Part shown: positions 20,123 to 29,460 of the stretch, piece by piece
Numbering within the stretch: the first letter of the stretch is position 1
How the letters are laid out: each line of letters begins with the position of its first letter
IMG/VR virus record: IMGVR_UViG_3300031088_000782
Span: 32,001-96,000 of that record
DNA from: a virus
Taxonomy: Duplodnaviria > Caudoviricetes
DNA: 64,000 bases
Reading direction: 5' to 3' (one strand)
Made by a program: the position numbers and the translations under genes
The notes under the pieces: generated by a model
What the model was told of the DNA's origin: nothing
Seen by the model: the letters and a program-made list of their open reading frames with translations, nothing else
Database searches by the model: none

Positions 20123-20923
20123 TTGATTGTGGCAGATGAGAAAGAAACCGTTGAGAACAACAATAGCATAGATGACATTATTGATTCTGTAGTGGATGAA
20201 GTAGAAAATTCAGAAGATAATTCTAATTCTGTTATAAGTGTATCTGATGACAATAATGTTGATGATAACAATTCTGACGAACCAAAAACTACTGAAGAAG
20301 AAAATGATGAGTCAAAAAGCTTAGATGAAGAGACTATTGATGATCTTTCTGTTGATGATAATTTGTCAAAGGTTAATGAAGAGAATGAAAAAATTTTGGA
20401 AAGTGACACTACCGAATCTGAATTAGATAATTTTGACGAAAAATTTGCATCTGAAGTCAATAGAGATTATTTCGATGATGATGAAGAGTTTCTTGCTGGT
20501 GATGATGCAGAAATTTATGACGAAGATGCTCTTTCTATGTTTCAGCAATCAGATAAAGTTGTTTCAGTTGAGGTTTTGAATCTTTACACACCAGAGGGGA
20601 ATTTGAGAAATCGTTTGTCTTTAAGATCGGATCCCCCTATTCTTGAAATTAAAAGCAACGATGGTCAGACTGCTCAATTCATTTTGACAAAGAATTTTTC
20701 CTATGGACTGTTAGGAAAAATTGATGATGCATATAGTGCTTATTTCGGAATTCAGTCTAAGACTTCAAAGAATAAGAAAAAGATAAAAGACAAAGAAGAA
20801 GATGAAAAATTGACTTTTCAAGATAGAGTGAATAACGGTTTGAATTGGATGCAGGATAATAAAGGAAAAACCTTTATGGGTATTATTATTGTGTTTTTGG
20901 TTATTTTCGGACTGGTCTTCTGA
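20123..20923 (+). CDS. Acidic hypothetical protein with C-terminal TM anchor
   Basis: D/E/N-rich N-terminus; TFMGIIIVFLVIFGLVF at the end. Confidence 0.55.
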   Translation: MIVADEKETVENNNSIDDIIDSVVDEVENSEDNSNSVISVSDDNNVDDNNSDEPKTTEEENDESKSLDEETIDDLSVDDNLSKVNEENEKILESDTTESELDNFDEKFASEVNRDYFDDDEEFLAGDDAEIYDEDALSMFQQSDKVVSVEVLNLYTPEGNLRNRLSLRSDPPILEIKSNDGQTAQFILTKNFSYGLLGKIDDAYSAYFGIQSKTSKNKKKIKDKEEDEKLTFQDRVNNGLNWMQDNKGKTFMGIIIVFLVIFGLVF

Positions 20924-20953
20924 TATATATAATGGTATTTAAAATAGGCTTAA

Positions 20954-21595
20954 ATGGAAGGTTTATTAATGGCTGTTTTCAACAAAAAACCAAAGAAGGC
21001 TGTTAAGCCTAAAAGTCGCTCTCCACAAATAAGGGTGACTCATAAGGCGTATACTAAAATTGTTTTCAAAAGATTGGTGAAAGTCTGTTCGGTTGTCGTT
21101 ATCCTTCTTATGGGGCTGTATGTAGTTTTTGCGGCGACATTGCTGAGAGCTGTTCCTACTACGAACATCGGATTTGTCCCGGTTAAGAATGTTACATATA
21201 GTGGGGGTATTGTCCCTAAAGATGCACAGGTTCTTGTCAATATGGATAAGAAACAAGGGATAGAATTTATGGATAGATTGAAGCAGAGTTTTGTTCCTAC
21301 TTCTGATGCAGCTATTATACAGGTTGTTGCAGGGCCATACGGAAAAATGCATTGGACCGAACCTGATATTCTCAGTGTTGATGGATACCCTACAAATGTT
21401 TCTCTTGCACCTGAAGAAGGGGAAAAATCTCCTTTGGAAAGCAGAGAAAGTGAATATCTTGAAGATGAGTATTTGGCAATTTGCGTTAAGGGTGCCTGCG
21501 GTGAAGCTGGAAGCGGACTGATTATATCTAAAGATAATATTATGGGATCGCCTTTGAGTAAAGAAACCGTTGATAAAGTAGTAGCGGGAGAATAA
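20954..21595 (+). CDS. TM-anchored protein weakly resembling the S26/TraF peptidase fold
   Basis: TM, then IIQVVAGPYG and EYLAICV...GLIISKDNIMG recall S26 boxes; no clear catalytic Ser/Lys. Likely start ATG 20969 (gaagg SD). Confidence 0.35.
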   Translation: MEGLLMAVFNKKPKKAVKPKSRSPQIRVTHKAYTKIVFKRLVKVCSVVVILLMGLYVVFAATLLRAVPTTNIGFVPVKNVTYSGGIVPKDAQVLVNMDKKQGIEFMDRLKQSFVPTSDAAIIQVVAGPYGKMHWTEPDILSVDGYPTNVSLAPEEGEKSPLESRESEYLEDEYLAICVKGACGEAGSGLIISKDNIMGSPLSKETVDKVVAGE

Positions 21596-21837
21596 TGGGT
21601 AAAATGTTTGATGACTTCGATCAAGTCAAAAAGATGAAAGATCCAGAAGCAAGACAAGTAGAAGATCTGAAAAGGTCAAAGAAGAAGCTTCGTGGATACA
21701 GAAAGCAGAGCAGTTCTGTCAGTATGAAAGCTGTTAATTTCAGCTTGATTGTTGTAAGTATTGTTGCAGGTCTTGCAGTTGCAGGAGTAGTAGCATATGG
21801 AGTTTATTTTGGTATTCAACTGTATTTAAACGGTTGA
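21595..21837 (+). CDS. Small membrane protein
   Basis: Coupled ORF with a C-terminal hydrophobic helix. Confidence 0.55.
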   Translation: MGKMFDDFDQVKKMKDPEARQVEDLKRSKKKLRGYRKQSSSVSMKAVNFSLIVVSIVAGLAVAGVVAYGVYFGIQLYLNG

Positions 21838-21852
21838 TCAGATAGGAGTAAA

Positions 21853-22341
21853 ATGACTAGGTCTTTCCTAGAGTTGCTATCAGATCTTCGTGTAGCTGAA
21901 ACTCATGATGAAATAGAAAGTTTAACGAATTCTTTGAGTGAAATCCTTGAAGAAGATGATAAGCACGCCAATTTTTTCCTATATTCAATGTTCAAAGAGA
22001 TAGCTGAAAGTGCATCTTCGAAAAGTTTTTCTTCCGCAGCTAACAGTGAATTTTATACAGTGAAAATAAATTCATACATTGATGATGAAGATGAAATGTT
22101 TAGAACTAAAATATTTGTCAACATGGCTTTCTTGCAAGATAACGGAAATCATGAAGATAATCTTGATGAAAAGATTTTAGATACTATTATTGAATATTTA
22201 AAAAAGAACAATTTAAACATACTGGTAAATGATATTTCAGTAAATACTGTACAATTCAGAAATGGAAAAAAGTTTGAATTAGATTCTTATAGGGGGAAAC
22301 ATGTTTTTCAAGAAGAAGAAACAAGCGGAGGAGAAATCTGA
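21853..22341 (+). CDS. Hypothetical protein
   Basis: SD aggag upstream; 162-aa ORF in the operon. Confidence 0.55.
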   Translation: MTRSFLELLSDLRVAETHDEIESLTNSLSEILEEDDKHANFFLYSMFKEIAESASSKSFSSAANSEFYTVKINSYIDDEDEMFRTKIFVNMAFLQDNGNHEDNLDEKILDTIIEYLKKNNLNILVNDISVNTVQFRNGKKFELDSYRGKHVFQEEETSGGEI

Positions 22342-22729
22342 TTCTCGCTTCCTTCCAAAAGCAGATATTAGTGATTTCGTGCCTCCTGTTGACCCAGCGA
22401 TTGAGCGGATAAATAATTCTGATGCTAATGTTCTAAAAAGTTTACAAAGTGAGCTTGTCAAATCTGGAGTTGTTGATGACAATACAGATAAAGTAGATCA
22501 TGGAACGCAAAAAATTGATGAATTGTTAAATATTATGAAAGATGCTAATAATAACGCGAAAAGCGAAAAAGATTTTAATAGCGAATTTTATGATGCTGAT
22601 GTTGATTTGTATTTTGATAATGATGAAGAATTAAGAAGCCGAAGTGATTTTGATAATCCTGTCCTAGATGGAGTTGACGATTATGGAAATCAGGTGTATG
22701 ATGATAGTAGAAATAAAAGGTTCATCTAA
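22301..22729 (+). CDS. Hypothetical acidic protein
   Basis: 142-aa ORF with SD gggg upstream; overlaps the previous ORF by 41 nt. Confidence 0.5.
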   Translation: MFFKKKKQAEEKSDSRFLPKADISDFVPPVDPAIERINNSDANVLKSLQSELVKSGVVDDNTDKVDHGTQKIDELLNIMKDANNNAKSEKDFNSEFYDADVDLYFDNDEELRSRSDFDNPVLDGVDDYGNQVYDDSRNKRFI

Positions 22730-22853
22730 ATTATTATTCTACTGAAAGAAGTAATTTTATATTAATTTTCAATCACGATAATTAAATATAAATTGTTATA
22801 AAAAACTTCATTTTTCGGGAATGTTTGCATTGATGCTTGAGTTACAATAAAGC

Positions 22854-23837
22854 ATGTGCTTATTCTCGAAAGTGGAGTTAGCGGCATTTGTAAGTAAAAG
22901 TATAAGATTAGTGAGGAAAAATATGAGCAAAGACAAGCATTTGGACAAAGAAGAAGAGCTGCGTTTAGGGTTTCTGATTCAAGATATGCTAAAATCTCGG
23001 GAAATATTGAAAAATAACGAGTTTGAGTTGACAGAGAATGAAGTGTCCATTATTAAAGATAAAATCATCCTGGGAGAGAACGCAGTCGCAAAATTAGTTG
23101 AAGCTTATACAGGATTAGTTCATAATAAAGCAAGAATCTTCAAATCAAAGTATCCAGGTGCACCCGATCTTGATGACATTATTCAAGATGGTATGGCAGG
23201 ATTGCTGAATGGTATTTATCATTATGATCCAACACGCGGAAATAAAGTTTCTACAGTAGTTTCATATTGGATTTTTCAGTCCATTACCCGCTGGACAAAC
23301 AAAACCGGAAGATTAGTTAGACTTCCAGAAAATCGCGTCTCGGATTTTAGTAAAATTTCAGAAATGAGAGCCTCCCTTGACTTCAAAGGCTACACCCCCA
23401 AAGAAGCTGATGAAAAAATTATGAAAGATCTTAACCTTTCTGAAGAAGATCTTTATTACATTACGAATGCCGCGTCTACCCCAGCAAGTTTGAACAAAGT
23501 CGTTTCTTCCGATGAGTCTACAACAAAAGAGCTTATGGATATTGTGACAGAAGATCAAACCTCTGAATCATCCGAAGATCTTGTGATGAAGAATGCCGTT
23601 TATGACATTCTTTCTGACTGTTTCGAAGATCTGAGCGAACTTCAGGTTGATACTGTTGCGTCTACATTCATGTTAGACGGATTTGAAAGCGGACAAATGA
23701 ATGCCAAACAAGTTCGAGAAAAGCATGGTGTATCCCCCACAAAATTTAAAAAACAACTTGGGGAAGCATTGAAGATAATTAAGGTGAGACTTGATGAAAT
23801 TGGAATTAGTTATCAAGACTTTTTTGAGCACAGTTGA
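22854..23837 (+). CDS. Sigma-70 family RNA polymerase sigma factor
   Basis: Region 1.2 KHLDKEEELRLG; region 2 LVEAYTGLV...DDIIQDGMAGLLNGIYHYDPTRGNKVSTVVSYWIFQSITR; RLVRLP; SLNK; C-terminal HTH. Likely start ATG 22923. Confidence 0.9.
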   Translation: MCLFSKVELAAFVSKSIRLVRKNMSKDKHLDKEEELRLGFLIQDMLKSREILKNNEFELTENEVSIIKDKIILGENAVAKLVEAYTGLVHNKARIFKSKYPGAPDLDDIIQDGMAGLLNGIYHYDPTRGNKVSTVVSYWIFQSITRWTNKTGRLVRLPENRVSDFSKISEMRASLDFKGYTPKEADEKIMKDLNLSEEDLYYITNAASTPASLNKVVSSDESTTKELMDIVTEDQTSESSEDLVMKNAVYDILSDCFEDLSELQVDTVASTFMLDGFESGQMNAKQVREKHGVSPTKFKKQLGEALKIIKVRLDEIGISYQDFFEHS

Positions 23838-23867
23838 TCTTGAATAATAATTAAATATAGAATGATC

Positions 23868-23922
23868 AATAAAAGAACCTGCTTTGTTATAATAATATTT
23901 GTAACCAGCAGGTTCTTTTATT
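23868..23922. promoter_or_regulatory. 16-bp inverted repeat enclosing an extended -10 (TG-T-TATAAT)
   Basis: aataaaagaacctgct / agcaggttcttttatt; TATAAT at 23888-23893 lies in the loop. Confidence 0.55.
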
Positions 23923-23953
23923 TTTTCGATTTGATTTTAGGTAGAATACGAAC

Positions 23954-24286
23954 ATGAGCATATTAAAAAAATACGAAACAGACAACAGCCTTTATTTATT
24001 CATAGCTTTTCACAATTCATATGATGATTCAGTACAGGCATCACAAGCAAAACTTGAAAAACTAATGAAAGAAATTTTCAAAAATGATGAAAGATACCAT
24101 TTGATGTCTTCAGGTGAAGAAATAGAAGATAATGAGATTATTTATCGTTTTCAAAAACCACTCATGGCTTCTGAAAGAGAAACACTTGCTTTTTTCACAA
24201 AACTGAAATTAGTTTTTCAAATGACTTCAGAAATGTCGCCTCATTTCACTCAAATGACCGCAGAAGACAAAGGAGCTAATAAATAA
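23954..24286 (+). CDS. Hypothetical protein
   Basis: 110-aa ORF translationally coupled to the next gene. Confidence 0.55.
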   Translation: MSILKKYETDNSLYLFIAFHNSYDDSVQASQAKLEKLMKEIFKNDERYHLMSSGEEIEDNEIIYRFQKPLMASERETLAFFTKLKLVFQMTSEMSPHFTQMTAEDKGANK

Positions 24287-25572
24287 TGAATGCATTATTT
24301 ACTAAAGATAATTTAAAGAAACAATCAGCTGATTTTAGAATTGGTGCTATTATTTCTGATGGTATGTGGTATTCGCTCCCTAAGTGGAGAAAATTAGCTA
24401 AAGTTTCAGAAGAAGAAATTAACAAATGGATTGATGAAAAACTTGATGAAGGAGTTTTGATACAATCTCCCACAGGTGCAAAATCATATCGTTTCCCTTT
24501 GACTGAAATTTACAAATGGTATGACGAACATGAACTTCCTTTGGGTGTTCAACTGATTGATTCTATCTTCCCTCCACGAATTTGGGACGAAATGACAGAG
24601 ACAGAAGGTTTTCTTTCTGCTCCATTGAGGAAAATAGGAATCGTTTCTTTTTCTTGCGGCTCTGATGTTGCATTAGAGATAACTCAGGCATTAAGAGGAA
24701 TAGCAAAGATTAGAGAAACTGATCCCGGAAGATATAAAGCATATTCTTTAAGCTCATCTTATGTAAAAGAAATTATTGAAGATATCTTAAAAAAGCATGA
24801 GCCAATTTCTGCGAATAGAAAAATTTATTCAAGAGCTGAGTCGAAGCGAAGAGAGATGGTTGATTTTACTCCTGATTTCGCTCATGGTTTAGTAATGTTC
24901 TACAAGCAATTTGCAAAAACTTTGGTAAAGAAGTTTATGGATACAATTCAGATTTTTGTTCCTGATCCTGAAGATCAAGAATCTCAAATTCTCATTTGGG
25001 TGATTGCATCTATTGAAAAATTTGATGAATCAGCATCGGTTCCTTTCAGTGGCTATCTCAACAGTGTTCTTAACAGGAGACCTTTTGATCTTCCATCAGA
25101 TCATCTTGGCAAAGAATTAAGCTCGTTCCAAAGAAATCGTTCTCGTAGCATTAATGCCATGAAGAAACGTTTTGGTGAGGATAAGAACTTCACTAATGTG
25201 GAGATAGCTTCAGAGATGGGTATGGCACAGATCAAATTTAACGATTTGGAAGAAAAGCACAGAGTGTGGACACGATCAAGAAATACAACAACTCTTACTT
25301 GGGATGAGAATGCTGATGAGAAATCTATCGAATCTAATCTTTCTGGAGATTTCAGCGGTTCGGGTGATTCTGATATATTACTTGCAAACAAACTTTCACA
25401 ATCGGTTATACAAACAGCTATCAACACAGGTCTTTATGAAGATGCTTTTGCAATTATCAGCCAAATAGATCTTTCTGAAATCAATGTCAGTAAAATACAG
25501 TCGATTTCCGAACCTTTCATTCAAGAACTTGGATTTGTGTTAGGAGTTGAAGGAGAACAGCAAAATGGCTAA
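24286..25572 (+). CDS. Divergent sigma-70-like protein with an extra N-terminal HTH
   Basis: N-terminal WYSLPKWRKLAKVSEEEINKWI...SYRF HTH; region-2-like DQESQILIWVIASIEKFDESASVPFSGYL; region-3-like FTNVEIASEMGM. Confidence 0.6.
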   Translation: MNALFTKDNLKKQSADFRIGAIISDGMWYSLPKWRKLAKVSEEEINKWIDEKLDEGVLIQSPTGAKSYRFPLTEIYKWYDEHELPLGVQLIDSIFPPRIWDEMTETEGFLSAPLRKIGIVSFSCGSDVALEITQALRGIAKIRETDPGRYKAYSLSSSYVKEIIEDILKKHEPISANRKIYSRAESKRREMVDFTPDFAHGLVMFYKQFAKTLVKKFMDTIQIFVPDPEDQESQILIWVIASIEKFDESASVPFSGYLNSVLNRRPFDLPSDHLGKELSSFQRNRSRSINAMKKRFGEDKNFTNVEIASEMGMAQIKFNDLEEKHRVWTRSRNTTTLTWDENADEKSIESNLSGDFSGSGDSDILLANKLSQSVIQTAINTGLYEDAFAIISQIDLSEINVSKIQSISEPFIQELGFVLGVEGEQQNG

Positions 25573-26134
25573 AAGAGAACTAAACGATGAGCAGAAACAG
25601 TTCATAGAGGACACATTGAAATCACATGAGGATCTTGAGATGGCTGTGTCTGAAGGCAATTCTGACAAAGAGAAAGTTAAAATTGTCAAAGTTAAAAAAG
25701 AACGAGTTCCAGGATACAAAAATCCTGTTCACTGGCTTATCGCTGTTACCTCTCTCCCCGTTCTTCTCGTTATCGGATTCTTTGCTCTTTTGATGAGAGC
25801 AGAGCAATATCTTGGCGGAAAAGAAACCTTAGATTACCTTGTAGAGCATAACAAAGGCGAAGAAGGTAGAATGATAAGAGAAGTTGCTGTACAGGCAGGG
25901 CAAGGGTGGCTTCCAGGTTTTCTTACGGTCTATGAATACAGAACTGCTATTGTTGCAGCTCTTATCGCGCTATTTCTTGTAATAATTATTATGTTTGTAC
26001 TTATTGACAACAAAATTCATACTAAAAAAGATTCTGCTGTTGATGATAATAAAGAAAATGAAAATTTGGATTATTCAGAAGATCATAAAGAAAATACTGA
26101 AGAAGATTTTGAGACAAATGATAAAGAAAACTAA
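25547..26134 (+). CDS. Two-TM membrane protein
   Basis: Two hydrophobic helices; likely start ATG 25565 after aaggag. Confidence 0.55.
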   Translation: MKENSKMAKRELNDEQKQFIEDTLKSHEDLEMAVSEGNSDKEKVKIVKVKKERVPGYKNPVHWLIAVTSLPVLLVIGFFALLMRAEQYLGGKETLDYLVEHNKGEEGRMIREVAVQAGQGWLPGFLTVYEYRTAIVAALIALFLVIIIMFVLIDNKIHTKKDSAVDDNKENENLDYSEDHKENTEEDFETNDKEN

Positions 26135-26145
26135 TTGGAGAATGT

Positions 26146-26808
26146 ATGTTTGACAAAATAACCACTGGCAGAAAGAGATTACTAATAGTCCTGGGTATTG
26201 CTTTGATTCTTATTTTGGGAACAGGTGGATATTTTGCATGGTCTGCTTATTCAAATGATAAAAGCCAAACCGAAACTATTGAAAAAGAATCTGCTGATGG
26301 AAATGAATCCGCTAAGCAGGCAAAGAAAACCGTGAGTGGAAAATCTGCAAATCAAGACCGCAAAGATGCTTTGGAAGCAGCTGGTGAAATTCTGACTCTT
26401 GCCGCTAAATCAGACAAAGACATGACACCTGAAGAACGCGCTGAAGCTCTTGACAAGGGAGACACTTCAGTTGTTGACAAATCTTTGAGCAAAAGAATTA
26501 GACTCGCTGATGTGTATTCTGAAGAGGATATGAAAATCAATGTTTATCAGGCTTTGATTGCAATGACTAAGTATATTGCTGTAGATGGTAAAGTCAAACC
26601 TATTTCAGAAGATTCATGGCAAAACGTTTATGTCGATTCAGAAATTGGGGTCGCATATGTTCCTCTAACAACTTTCTATGAGAATGGAACAGTTTTTAGT
26701 TTCGAAATGGTTTATGTAGATGGAGAATGGAAATTCGCTCCATACTCCTTCATGGATATTGTCAAACTCTCAGCAAGCCTTCAAGATTCAGAAGAAAGTA
26801 GCGAATGA
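26146..26808 (+). CDS. Bitopic membrane protein, possible NTF2-like C-terminal domain
   Basis: N-terminal TM; FSFEMVYVDGEWKF hairpin; SD ggag. Confidence 0.45.
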   Translation: MFDKITTGRKRLLIVLGIALILILGTGGYFAWSAYSNDKSQTETIEKESADGNESAKQAKKTVSGKSANQDRKDALEAAGEILTLAAKSDKDMTPEERAEALDKGDTSVVDKSLSKRIRLADVYSEEDMKINVYQALIAMTKYIAVDGKVKPISEDSWQNVYVDSEIGVAYVPLTTFYENGTVFSFEMVYVDGEWKFAPYSFMDIVKLSASLQDSEESSE

Positions 26809-26852
26809 GAGCCTATTTTTGAAGCATTAAAAGCTCTTTAAATTTCGTCCTG

Positions 26853-26903
26853 TAACGCTATACGAAAACATAGCATAAAACCTAACGTTTTCGTATAGCG
26901 TTA
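26853..26903. repeat. Perfect 17-bp inverted repeat with a 17-nt spacer
   Basis: taacgctatacgaaaac (26853-26869) / gttttcgtatagcgtta (26887-26903). Confidence 0.8.
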
Positions 26904-27068
26904 TTGTGTTTTTCGAGAACTTTTTTGGAAAATTGCTTTTATAGTATCACCTATCATATTTTTGTTATTTTTCTCTCAAAATCCTTTCTGTGCTTTTTTA
27001 AACTCATTTTGAAAATTTGATTTTTGAAATTATTGCATAAGAAATTGATAAAATAAAAGTAACTGCCT

Positions 27069-29372
27069 ATGACGAAAAGGATAAGTATGAGCATCAAATT
27101 AAAAAGAGTTGAACTGTCTAATTTCAGAACACATGATCATATTGTGTTTTCACCTGAAAATGATGGAATAACAGCTATCAGTGGTCCTAATGGGTCGGGG
27201 AAATCTACTATTGTCGATTCTGTTGTTTGGGCTTTGTATGGAGTCAAGCCCCAAGGAGTAAGCAAAAATTCAGACTTAACAAAAAGTGATGTTAAATTAG
27301 AGAAAAATGGAAAAGAAGCTTTTGTTAGTGTCAATATTGTCATAGATGGCCAAGAACTGAAAATTAAAAGATTCTTCACTGATGGCGGAAAGCATGTGCA
27401 ATGCACTGTCTCAGAAACAGGAGTTGATGATAAAGGCATACCTTATGAAAATAAAAAAGCAGGAGATGCTGTTTCTGATGCTGAATCATACATTAGACAA
27501 ATTATGAAAATGGACAAAAAAGGATTTCTTGCGGCTATTCTCGTTCAGCAGAAACAAGTTGATAATCTTATTGCAGCAGGATCAAAAGAACGTGCACAAG
27601 TTATTGAAAAATTGATTGGTGTATCATCAATCACTAAGGCGTTAGATTCAGCAAGAGAGCATAATCGTGAACTTAAAAAAGAATTTGATTACATTGATGT
27701 AAATGAAGAAGATTTCGAAAAATTAAAAAAAGAAAAAGAAAAATCAGATAAAGACTTTGAAAAGAATCAGAAAATTCATGCAGACTTAAAAATCAAACTT
27801 AAAGAAATTATTGAAAAAACGAAAGAATCTAGAGAAAAACTAAATTCAGAAACTTCAAAAATAAATTCCGTAGAAGAATTTAATCAAATAGTTGTCACTT
27901 TGCAGGCTCAGATCAAAGCTCAGGAAGAAACTCTGGAAGCCGTCATAGTTGAGAAGAATAGCAAAAAAGAGCAATTGTCTCGTGCAGAAGCAGGAGCATC
28001 TATTGATGAACTCGAACCGCAAGTTCAAGAGCATAGAAGAAAGATAAGACAACTTGAGAACGAAAAATCATCTATGCAAAAAGATCTTGATGAAGCTAAA
28101 AAAGAATTGAAAAATGCTCAGGATTTGATTGAAAAATCTTCTATAAAAACTACCGAAGAAGCTGAGAGTGGATTAGCAAAGAAAGAAGCACAGCTCATTG
28201 CTATGATCAATAAATTAAACAATTCTCGTGCTGAAATCCTATCTTCTGATTCCGAAGTTAAAAAACTTGATAAAGCAATCAAAGTTTTGTCTAATGGTGA
28301 TGGGACATGCCCTACTTGTCTTCAGCATGTTGAAGATGTTTCGGATGCAATTAAGGTTCTCAACTCTCAAAAAGATGAGTTGTTGAGAAAAAAAGAAGAA
28401 GAAAAAGCCAATGTTGAAACATATGAAATCAATATTGAGAAAGTTAATCAAATTATTGAAAAATTTAATCAACTTATCGAAGCTATCAATATTGATGAAG
28501 TTCTTGCTGAAAGCATTACGGAAGATGAAAAAGAAATTCAAAAGCATTCAAGCATGATAAAGGTTTCAGAATCAGAATATGCTGCTTTTGACAAGGTTTA
28601 TCAAGCTGCGAAACGTAAAAGCGAGACAAAAGAAGAATATGACAGACTTCTTTCTCGTTCAAAGAACATCAGTAATGATATAAACACGAAAAACAAAGAG
28701 CTTGAGGAAGCACAAAAAGCCATCAAAGAGTCTGGTGTTATTAGTTCGTCTGCTTTGGAAAAACTTCGCAAAAATTTTGATGAATATTCAGCGAAATATA
28801 ATGATATCCGAGAGAAAGAAGGCAATGTCAGAGTTGACTTGAATGTTTCTGCTGAAAGATCGAAAAATCTTCAGGAAAAAGTTAACGAATACAAGAAACG
28901 ATTAGATCTTCATAGTGAGTTAGTAAAAACTTATGAAATTGCTACAACTACCACCAAAGTTCTTGAAGAATTCAGATCTGATAGAATAGATAATTCCATT
29001 CCAGTTATCGAAGTTTACGCTTCTGATTTGTTAAACCGTTTCACTGATGGAATGTTTACTAGATTGAAAATTGATTCAAAGTTCAATACCAAAGTCGTTC
29101 GATCTGACGGCAGGGAAGTTGCGGTAGGTTTGCTTTCAGGTGGAGAGCTTTCAGCAACAGCAATTGCTTTAAGATTGTCAATTTCAATGTTGTTGAATGG
29201 AGGAGGATCGGAAAATTTGATAATTCTTGATGAAGTTTTGGTTTCCCAAGATGATAACAGAGCAAGTCTTATTCTATCTACTATCAAAGAGGTTTGTAAA
29301 GGTCAAGTTATTCTTGTTGCCCATAATAGTGTAACTGACGAAATTTCAGATAAAGTGTTTGATTTGAGATGA
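27069..29372 (+). CDS. sbcC: SbcC/Rad50-like SMC-family ATPase
   Basis: Walker A GPNGSGKST, Q-loop, coiled coil with CPTC zinc hook, LSGGE signature, ILDEV Walker B, H-loop VAHN. Confidence 0.85.
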   Translation: MTKRISMSIKLKRVELSNFRTHDHIVFSPENDGITAISGPNGSGKSTIVDSVVWALYGVKPQGVSKNSDLTKSDVKLEKNGKEAFVSVNIVIDGQELKIKRFFTDGGKHVQCTVSETGVDDKGIPYENKKAGDAVSDAESYIRQIMKMDKKGFLAAILVQQKQVDNLIAAGSKERAQVIEKLIGVSSITKALDSAREHNRELKKEFDYIDVNEEDFEKLKKEKEKSDKDFEKNQKIHADLKIKLKEIIEKTKESREKLNSETSKINSVEEFNQIVVTLQAQIKAQEETLEAVIVEKNSKKEQLSRAEAGASIDELEPQVQEHRRKIRQLENEKSSMQKDLDEAKKELKNAQDLIEKSSIKTTEEAESGLAKKEAQLIAMINKLNNSRAEILSSDSEVKKLDKAIKVLSNGDGTCPTCLQHVEDVSDAIKVLNSQKDELLRKKEEEKANVETYEINIEKVNQIIEKFNQLIEAINIDEVLAESITEDEKEIQKHSSMIKVSESEYAAFDKVYQAAKRKSETKEEYDRLLSRSKNISNDINTKNKELEEAQKAIKESGVISSSALEKLRKNFDEYSAKYNDIREKEGNVRVDLNVSAERSKNLQEKVNEYKKRLDLHSELVKTYEIATTTTKVLEEFRSDRIDNSIPVIEVYASDLLNRFTDGMFTRLKIDSKFNTKVVRSDGREVAVGLLSGGELSATAIALRLSISMLLNGGGSENLIILDEVLVSQDDNRASLILSTIKEVCKGQVILVAHNSVTDEISDKVFDLR

Positions 29373-29460
29373 TATAAGTGAATTTTATAGGTTTTATCTG
29401 ATCTTTTCGGTGTTTGATATTAATATTTAAACACACAGTCCGTTTATTTGAGGAGTTTTA

